The notes beneath the pieces were generated by a model. The model worked only from the letters and a program-made list of their open reading frames with translations. It searched no databases and had not been told where the DNA came from. Position numbers and translations under genes: made by a program. A DNA stretch of 64,000 bases from Asterias rubens (taxonomy: Eukaryota): assembly GCF_902459465.1 (NCBI RefSeq), contig NC_047079.1, positions 8,370,001 through 8,434,000 on the forward strand, read 5' to 3'. Shown one piece after another: positions 25,356 to 35,400 of this stretch (position 1 is the stretch's first letter; each line of letters begins with the position of its first letter).

Positions 25356-28300
25356 ATGGGTGACACGCTGCAAAGGTAAGTATTAAACAAAAGCTTAGTA
25401 CAATGTTTTTTACTGGCATAAGCATGTTCTGTAGTTACAAGGTACCAAACACTTGCCGTTTAGAAATACTAGTAATTGTAAAGACATAATCAGCATGATT
25501 GATGAGTCTACAAGTTCCTCATGTTGATCAGTCAATTTAACGGATAAGCTGTAGTCACGTGGTAATCTTGTTTTGAAAATGCATTGCCAGTGTTAAAACC
25601 AGAAAATTTCTACCAATTGTGAGAGAATTTAAGGGGTTCTTTACATGTAAAGAGTTATAGGATTTAAAATAACGCACAGCGACACAAACATGGTCACTAG
25701 GTTATTTTAGGTCATGTTTTGTGGTTTAACCACCCATTGCCACAACTATACCTCACTGATAATATAATTATTTTTTATTTCAATGTTAAATTTGGATCAC
25801 ATAAGGAGCTGCAAGAGCTGATTTTACATTTTCAGTCTTCTCATTTTAAAAATCACAAATCCGTTTCCAAACTTAACCCAAGTAATTGATCTTATTTCTA
25901 AAAGGTTGCCTTTCGTTTCTTTGATATGGATAAGCCTCCTTTATTTGTCCGGAAAAACGACGTCAGAAACAGTGCTTCGAAGCGCCCTCTTCGGGCAGAT
26001 AGAGTCACCAGACTATCCCGAGCCCTATAGTGATAATGTACACCGAGTCTGGAACATAAGTGTGCCTGGGGGATTCACCCTAGACTTGTACTTCAGTCTC
26101 TTCCAGCTGGAACCCTCAAATAATTGTGAATATGATTATGTCAAGGTAACGTTTCTGCTACAAAATTAGAATAAAAACTGCGTTGTTCCTTAATTAGATC
26201 ACTAATAGTGTTATTTTGAACTCTTCGTAAAACAAACATGTAACATACTAGTGGGTTGTCCCCAAGGTATCAAGTTTGCAGGAGGCGGCAACCTTCTGTG
26301 GAAACGACCTGGTGTTGGAGAAAAGAACCCCACAAGACAGGCACATGACGTCACCAAACAGCAACATGGTGGTCGAGTTTCATTCAGACTTCTCAAATGG
26401 TGAACCTTTTCTTGGATTCGTTGCACATTACCAAGCTACAGGTACGTCAACAAAACAGCCGAAACAACTTAATCAATTAGGAACTACAACCTAGTGCTTT
26501 CCTTACACATCGCATTGATGACTACTAATAATTATTAAAGAATACTTAAAGACTCGTCTAAATGCGCTTTACATTACAAATGAGTGAAGTTAATTTTTAA
26601 TTAAGTGAATCGATTTTTTTTGTCTCATTGTTAGGATTTAATTTTGTTGTGTTTTGTTTTATACAGTGAAGTATTAATACAGTTTGGGTCAATGAGTTTA
26701 TGATATTTAATATACATATATATTTTTTTGCGACATCTTTCCTCGGTATGGCTTCTTCAGATGTCAATGAGTGTTTGGTAAACAATGGCGGGTGTGAGCA
26801 AGTGTGTCATAACTTCGAATCTGGATATTACTGTTCATGTCGACTGTATTACCAGCTACAGCCAGATAATCACCACTGCAAAGGTAATCTAAAACATCTG
26901 TAATTATTCCTTTCAGATCATGAATGCAAGACCCACAATAGTTGTATGTGATTATAATAAATTTAGTTACACTTACCCATTTCTGCGTCTAGGTGGGGAA
27001 ATTAGCCTCGTGTTGGTATGGCGCTAGTCCGTTGTCTTCCATCCACATAATTGATTTTTCACAATATATATATTTCAACTATTGATGTTTAATGCCTACG
27101 AGATATTACCTCAAATACTATGGTGTCCTCTAGCTGAAAGGTTGCTGGTCTAGGAGTGGTGTACGGCCAGTTCAGTTCCCATTCAGCCTTTGGACGACTA
27201 TAGTTATGCATTTTTACAATGCCGGGTTTAGGAGTCCATTGTTACCGTTTACAGGTGACATTCCCAGCATGGTCACACAAAAGAGGAAAGGCATATCTCT
27301 GAATGCAATCACTAAATGCGCTTGGTAGCTGTTACTGGAATTTCACTACTAACTGTTGTCATTATTACATCCCGATGTATGAACTTTAAGGATTATAAAG
27401 TTTTGGGGCCGGGTACTTCTTTCAAGAGGAAAAAGTACGGTGTCGCGAATTCCTAATAAAATGCGGCAATATTTCGTAGCGTTCTATTTTGTCAGGCCTA
27501 GTTCGGATACCCTATACTAGGGAGCGGTTTAATTATATAACAGATTAACAACATGGTCAACTAACAACTTATTCGGTTCTTTCGAAATAATGGTTCCATT
27601 CTTTCGAAACAACGTGTCATCCCCTGTCAGGTAGTTTCTAAACTTAAAGACAAAAAAGAGTTACCGCAACTATTCTAGTATGTTTTGTGCGAGTATTTAC
27701 TTCTTATTCTTTGTGTAATTCAGTTTCTTGCAGGGATATTGTTTATACCTCAGATGAAGATGAGTTCCAGACTCCTGACTATCCTGACGATTATCCGCCG
27801 AATGCTGATTGTAACTGGCTGATAAATGTCGACATCGGATACTCCATCAACATTGTGTTTTATACATTCCAGATAGAATCACATCCAACTGTACTCTGTC
27901 CTTACGACTATGTCAAGGTTCGTGTCAACAAATAAAAACACAAACTAATAAAGTTGGCCGAAACACAAACGAAGGACGCCTTATCTAAACATTAGCAAAT
28001 GGAAGAATCTTGTCAATAATAATTGATAATTCTGTTATTATTTGTTTAAGATTGTTTATGACAATGAGGTTAGAGGGCCACTCTGCGGCGAGTTGCCAAC
28101 TGATCTACCGTTAAGTATCACTACAATTGGGAACGTAGCCAATGTGACGTTTCATTCTGATGACTCGGAACAGCGAATGGGATTCCGTGCCCGGTATTAC
28201 GTCACAGGTCAGTATATCTCATCATCATATCTGTTGGTTTGATCTTTTGTTCTATCTATCCACACCATTGCTGGGTCAATGGTGACCCGGATCAAGGGTC

Positions 28301-31298
28301 AATGTTGACTCGGAATATGGTTCAATGTTGACCCGGATTATGGGTCATTGCTGATCCGGAATATAGGTCAATAATATGGTCAATGCTAACCCGGATCAAC
28401 GGTCAATGCTGACTCGGAGTATGGGTCAATATGATCAATGCTGACCCGGGATATGAGTCAATGCTGACTATACAGTTTTTAAAACTTATGTTTGGTAAGG
28501 TTTTGACCCAAACAATCTTACTTTCAACGAACCCCTTCAACTTAACCATTGTGCCTCTTGTTTATTGTTGCTGCAGGGCGATCTTGTTCACCACTACACC
28601 CTCCTACATATGGCTGGATATCAGGAAGTAACTTTACCATTCGATACACTGTAACATTCAGCTGTATGGATGGTTATTATATTCAAGGATCCAGGTCAAG
28701 GTCATGTAAATCAGATGGTTCATGGTCTGGTGTCCAACCTGTCTGTAATAGTAAGTAACGGGCTTTGGTTCCCGATACGTTTAAACGTGTTAAACGATCT
28801 TGATCATTGGAGATATAAGCAACACACAAACACACGAGTGCGTGGGTTTCAATCAGACAACTATGAGAATTGTGCGATTTTTAGTAAAAGTTTAATTTTT
28901 GTCTGAAAACTGATTAACCGTTAGTAGTGAAATGTGTAACTAACCCGACCTTGCAGATTATGCATCATTCACTGTGTACCTGAAATAGCTTCCACTCTGC
29001 ATCAAATACATCACCGTATTTTAAGATTTTAAATGTAAAAGTTGAAGACGTTGTCATATGATGCTATTTTGTATGTAAATACTATTGCGTTCATTGTTCG
29101 ATACATCACCCGAAGATCGACCCATTTTTATTTCTTTCCGTTGTTCATTTTTATCCAGTGGTAACTTGTGACGTCCCACAGCCCATCAGTAACGGTGAGA
29201 TCTTGTACTACTCCGGTAGGAATTTCAGCTACTCCAACTCCATTGGTTTTGTGTGTAACGATTATTATGAAATAGACGGACCGAGTTCGAGTCAATGTGG
29301 TATACACGGAACATGGACGCCGGAGCCGCCAGTGTGTGAACCAAGTAAGTTGATTTGTGTATTACTGGTAAAGAAAACGGATGTCACTTTATCAAAAGAA
29401 TGTCAAATCCGGTTTTGTTTGTTTGTACTTTGTTACTAGTGTTTGTGCAACATAATATGCTGTGCTTTGTGTCTTCATTTTAAAATTCTTCACATAAATG
29501 ATGATAAGAAGAAGAAGAAAACTTAACATGTGCCGGTATCTATCTTAAGTGAAGCTAATAGAGTAGAAAGAGAACTACACTTAAAACATGCCGGGACGAT
29601 GAGAACACTTAACATGTGCCGGTATCTATCACAAGTGAAGCTAATAGAGCAAGAAAGGGAACTACACTTAAAACATACCGGGACGATGACAACGGTTTAA
29701 CATACAGTATTTCATGCAAGATGTTGAACTACGTTTGAATTATGAGACCTAATCATTTTTAGCACCACAGTGTTGTGGTGCAATTTGCTTCCAATCAAAC
29801 CATGATCACCGTGGCAATTATTTTACGTGCGTTACCTAACACACGGGACCAACGGCTTTACGCCCCATCCGAAGGACGAAGCATCGTGGTGAAGTGACTG
29901 ATTCTGGTAACCTTTTCTGTATACAGTATGTGGTGAGAGTTCTATTCCTCCACGGAACCATCCTAACGGTGGACGTATTACCGGTGGTCGTGAGGCTACA
30001 CCAGGCTCATGGCCATGGCAAGTACTCCTTATGATCAACGCCCCTCGGTATGACATCTTTGATAACTCCATCTGTGGTGGCTCTGTTCTGAATGAGGAAT
30101 GGATTATGACTGCTGCTCACTGTGTCACAGGGAGCTACGAAGAAAGACCAAGATTCTACGGCCATGAAATACCCATAGATACCGTGGACATAGCACTGGG
30201 ACTTCACAAGAGAACAATGCCCACTGAAAACACTATTGTTGTAAGTTGCAGTTGTAATTAACAAAGTGATTGAACGTTCGCCATTTTGGAACCTCCATTT
30301 AAAAAAAAAAAATTGTGAAAACTTGATCAGAAGCTCCCTCTTGAATTGTTTATCTATGTTTGTCATTACAGAGATCTTGAATTGTTTATCTATGTTTGTC
30401 ATTACAGAGATCTTGAATTGTTTATCTATGTTTGTCATTACAGAGATCTTGAATTGTTTATCTATGTTTGTCATTACAGAGATCTTGAATTGTTTATATA
30501 TGTTTGTCTTTACAGAGATCTTGAATTGTTTATCTATGTTTGTCATTACAGAGATCTGTTCGTGAAATCATCAAGCATCCAAACTTTGATCGTTCAACCT
30601 ACGAGTCCGATATAGCATTAATTCATCTCAATGAATCCATCCAATTCAATGACGTCATACGACCAATCTGTCTCCCACCACAAAGCACACACTTTAAGGT
30701 GGATGACGACGAACGCGTTTACATCCCTAACGTAGCCGACGAGGATACAACGGCGGTTGTGATTGGCTGGGGACGGCTGGATCTGAACAGACCGACCTCT
30801 AATGTGTTGCGAGAGGTACACGTCGGTGTTGATGTACCGCGGGTATTATGTAACGCGAAACTACCTCAAACTGTGACTCGTAACATGGTTTGCGCAGGAC
30901 CCAGAGAAGGTAGGCTATGTGAAGCTTTAGGAATTTTCTTTTCAGAGTTGTTAAATTTTGCATCGGGGATAATAAAATTAATTAATATTTAATTTACCCT
31001 AAACACCAATGTGTGTTAGCACATCACCCGCTGTATCAACCATTGCAATGTTTATCTTTGTATAAAACTAGTTGGTAATTTTGCACTTTTTGTTGTTTTA
31101 TTATTAGGTGGGCGTGACGCTTGTAAGGGAGATAGTGGGGGCCCATTAATGCTTCGAGATGCTACTACCAATCGCTACTTTTCATATGGAATGGTATCGT
31201 GGGGAGACGGATGCGCAAATGAAGGCAAGTTTGGTGTGTATGTGCGCATGGAGAACTTTGTGAATTGGATCCAATCACAGATCGTTGTTGAGCGTTAA
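25356..31298 (+). CDS. MASP-like: MASP/C1r/C1s-like serine protease C, 11 coding exons, 710 aa
   Basis: Exons 25356-25375, 25905-26145, 26267-26441, 26761-26883, 27724-27917, 28051-28207, 28577-28750, 29159-29344, 29927-30240, 30552-30909, 31108-31298; 2133 nt, open. GGR|[26 protein letters not shown]. Confidence 0.93.
28270..28468 (+). repeat. Degenerate ~20-bp tandem repeat in gene C intron 6
   Basis: Recurring ggtcaatg(c/t)tgac(c/t)cgga. Confidence 0.8.
29521..29690 (+). repeat. ~86-bp imperfect duplication in gene C intron 8
   Basis: acttaacatgtgccggtatctatc... at 29521 and 29607. Confidence 0.8.
30341..30556 (+). repeat. 36-bp minisatellite built from the 3' splice acceptor of gene C exon 10, 6 copies
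   Basis: Unit ttgaattgtttatctatgtttgtcattacag|agatc starting at 30341, 30377, 30413, 30449, 30485, 30521. The last unit runs into the exon. Confidence 0.97.
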
Positions 31299-31630
31299 AG
31301 AAAGGATGTTGTGTCGATTACAATCTTTAAAAATCCTTTCTTTCTTCTCTACTTTCTTGTCTGGTGCTTTTTGTTCGTTTGTGGTTGTCTGCTTGTCTGC
31401 TTTATTTGTTGCTATTTTTTAGTATGTGCCTTTCTTTCTTTGTAATTTGCTATTAATATCTGTTGAAATTTCTGTCTGTGGACGTTCATTAATCATACAT
31501 ATTTATACGAGTAATTTATTAAAACATCCGACCAGCAAAGTAGTTTGTTTTAACGTCTTCCCTTTAATATTGAATCCGTTGCTTTTACTATTGGTTACAA
31601 AAAGATAACCTCAAAGCTACCATGAAATAT

Positions 31631-31890
31631 AAGTAGTATGATGATGCAAGATGTAATATAAGTACTATAACACATTCTAAAGTAAGTAGTATGATGATGC
31701 GAGATGTAATAGAAGTACTATAACACATTCTAAGTAAGTAGTATGATGATGCGAGATGTAATAGAAGTACTATAACACATTCTAAGTAAGTAGTATGATG
31801 ATGCGAGATGTAATAGAAGTACTATAACACATTCTAAGTAAGTAGTATGATGATGCGAGATGTAATATAAGTACTATAACACATTCTAAA
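31631..31890 (+). repeat. 52-bp tandem repeat (about 5 copies) between the 3' ends of genes C and D
   Basis: Unit aagtagtatgatgatgcgagatgtaatagaagtactataacacattctaagt. Confidence 0.92.
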
Positions 31891-32482
31891 GTACATCACA
31901 TTGTAAACGGAAAGAAATTGTGAGTTTAACACATAATTGGTCGTTCACTATTTCGTACACTGTTTTGGTTACTATAAAAGTGCCGTTACATAAAGCTTAC
32001 ATAATGTTTACTTTGTCTTACAATAAATGAACATGAATTATCATTATAAACCAATGATTTGGCTCTTAGTGTTATGTTGATGATTTGTTCCGTGCATATA
32101 AACGGATCCTCTTAATTAAGAGCCTCAAAACAAAGCCGAAATGAAGATTAAGGCACTGAACACCTTTGTTAATCATTTTTTGACAAAGTCAACAATTCTC
32201 ATGTGGTGTATCTCAGCATTACATGGATAAAATAACAAATTGGAACTAAGAAATTTGGCAAGCATTCTTGTTGCACATTTAATTTGTGTGCAATCAGCTG
32301 AATATATTAGAGTGAGATATTATTACCTCTTTACTTCAGAGGGAGCAGTTGTTTACAATGTTTTATTTTATCAACAGCTCTCCATTGCTAATTACCAAGT
32401 AAGGTTTTATGCTAACAATTATTTCGAGTTGTTCCCAATAGTGTCCAGATTTAAGAACGTGTTTCCATGAGTGGACGTCCGA

Positions 32483-35400
32483 TTAAATTTGAGTGACCTC
32501 CCGAATCCAGTCAGCAAAGTTGCCCACTCTGCTATAGACCCCGTATTTACCTTGCTGTGCACAATTACCTTCTCCCCATGATGTTATACCGTAGGCATAG
32601 TATCTCTCGTTGGAAGCCTTCAACATTAAAGGACCTCCACTGTCTCCGTAACACGTATCACGACCTCCTGAGAAAGGGTTATAAATACGTCAATATTAAT
32701 GTTCAATAGCCTCACTCAAGGTCGATCTTTTAGACATGAGCCCGATTTCTTGCTCCATTCACTGCGGACTTTGGTGCAATACGGACACTCTTAACATTGA
32801 GCACCAAGTTACTGTGCTACATACCACATAAGCAAAGTATTTCTCTTTTATCTCACAAATGCGTTTTCGTTTACCAAGGTGTGTGCTGTTCATGTAGCCT
32901 TAGCGCCGGTTTTCGTATCCTCGACCAACAGTTGTGGAAAATACTTTGTTCGTCAAAAATGGTCAAAAGACTTGACATAATATGCTTTTGCAGTGATAAA
33001 TGAAAGACGTTTATCAGAGCCCGTTTAACTTACCATCTGCAAGTCCCGCGCACAACATGTCCACTGTCACCGGACTATGCATGGCGTCGTTACACGTCTC
33101 AAGATTAACAAGAGGAAGATAAACTTGTTGCAACGTCTCTGATCTTGATGTCCTGCTAGTTGTACCTAGTTAAGTGGCAACAAAAACGAATCATCACAGT
33201 CTTGTTTAACCGTCGAAACGACTAAACATTGGGTAAGGTTATTTTATAGCGTTTATATACCAATGATGTTTACAAAATTAACCCCGTTGTAGTTATTATG
33301 ACCCATGTGATAAACATCTTGGTAGAGATCGCAATTATTTAAACCATAATCGCTTATTGGTATCCTGCGCATTTGCATTGAAAAGCAGCAGAAGTCGCCG
33401 GTTTGAAACGGCCGTTTAAGAACTCGTCATCCACTCACTTATTCCCTTAATTCACAATGGGAAATGATTGTACCGAATTAAGGTAAGGTCCAAAACTTAC
33501 CCCATCCAACTGCAATAGCTTCGGTGTCTTCAAGGGTAACAAACTCTGAATATTCATCATCACTGAATGTTTCATCATCCGGGATACAAAGTGGTCGGAT
33601 TTGTCTGGTCAAGACAACTGGGCTGTCCAGAAGCAATAAGGCAACGTCACCGTCATACAGAGCTGTGTCGTAAGAGGGCGCTCTGAAGACTTCGATAACT
33701 CCTCTCTGTTAGTTGGAGCAAAGTTTCGTCAGGCCTTTCACATTATTATTTTTCCAAAATCAAGATAAATTAAAATGATAAAACTGTCGTTCGTGTGGTG
33801 TTCATTGTCTATAGGTAGGAAGACCTTTTCGAAACGAATTGTTGTTTGGTTTTGATTGTGTTAATCTATTTCTAGAAACCCATTTCAAGATTATAGACCT
33901 TATCGCAAATACTAGGTACGCGCACGTTAACGTTAGGCGCTGATTGCGGTGCATGCTGGTCTAGCTTGCGATCAAAGTTGATCCATAGCTAGACCAGCAT
34001 GCACCTCATGCAACAGTTATAGCTTATGCAATGGGCATTTGCGAGAAGGTCTATGCACTGGTATCGGTTTGTGAAAACAATGTGACAATAAATCTTTATC
34101 ATGGTGCGGCCATCTTGATTTTCTCCCATTCAAATCAGTGTAACCAAACTGAGGCCGGAAGGAGAATTAGTCTGGTTCCTTTTTATACAACAACAATTAG
34201 CACACATTACTTTTGTTGGATCAGGGAACATGACCAAGATGGTAGCAGCGTGATAAAGGTCTATACAACTTTAACTCACCTCAATGTTGTTTCCATTAAA
34301 CGCATGAATCCCAAGTGAGATAGTTATCGAGTCCGCTGGTAACTTCTGTCCATAAAGTCCTTTTAGTTTGATCTTTCTTGCCGTGACGCAATGAGCAGCA
34401 GTCAGTACCCAGTTCTCACTAATCAGAGATCCACCACACAGATTATTCACTCTAAAGGTTTTGGATCTAGCTTCTATCTTCACAACCCATGGCCAAGAGC
34501 CCTCTCGTGCCTCTGTACCGCCAATGATGCGTGATTTAGGACGGGAGTCATGAGGTGTAATGCTGCTTTTCCCACATACTATAACAAAGTATTATGTCAA
34601 TTTGAGATATTATTGATTTGGAAAATTATTGATATTTATTTCATTTATCAGGAAAGATACAGCAATGAGCAATTCAAACACATAGGAAAGAAAAAGAAAC
34701 AGCTGGAGCTCGAAGGATTGCCTACAAGAAACTCAATTCCTGTCTAGAGGCTAGGCTCTCCTCTCGAGCTGTTAAAATGTAGTCATTTTGATATAGAGTC
34801 AAACTACCTACTTGGGATACATTTTGGTTCCTCTCCGGACCACGTCCCGTCACTTTGGCAAACTCTGACGACCTCGAGGCTGTTCAGTTCATAAAAGGAG
34901 TCACAAGAATAGCTTGCCGAGGAGTCATAAATTGGTGGATCTTGACTCATTGTTATCCTCCCGCGGTTGACTCTGGGTTGCAGACGAGGGCACCCGACCA
35001 CTTAAGACGACAGTAAAAAGTATTAACTCAATTCAACACATTATTTTTATACAGAGTGAGTCAAAAAGAAGTTGCTCGGGATTGGTGATTTTTTGTTTGT
35101 CAGAACAAACAAATGACACTCTAAGTAAAGCATGATTATGTTCACTACGAAATCTTTCTGCTTATTAGATAAAAAAGAATGAAAGACATTGATCATTCCT
35201 CAGAGGATTTATGTCTATTTTAATAAGTGTGCTCATTTTGCAAGCTTTCCACCAAAAAGAACAACAGTTTAGCTGTACATGGCGAGTCAAACTGAAGTTG
35301 ACCAAGATTTATGACTTAAGAACGGAATCGTATAGTAATTGTAATAAATCTGCATGGTTATAATACGCATTTAATCGTATCACTATGAACTAAATTGGGT

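Noticed and set aside
6992-31298. Genes A-C as uncollapsed haplotypes or an assembly duplication
   Set aside because: Introns are unalignable and signal, CUB1 and SP exons differ extensively; they are true paralogues.
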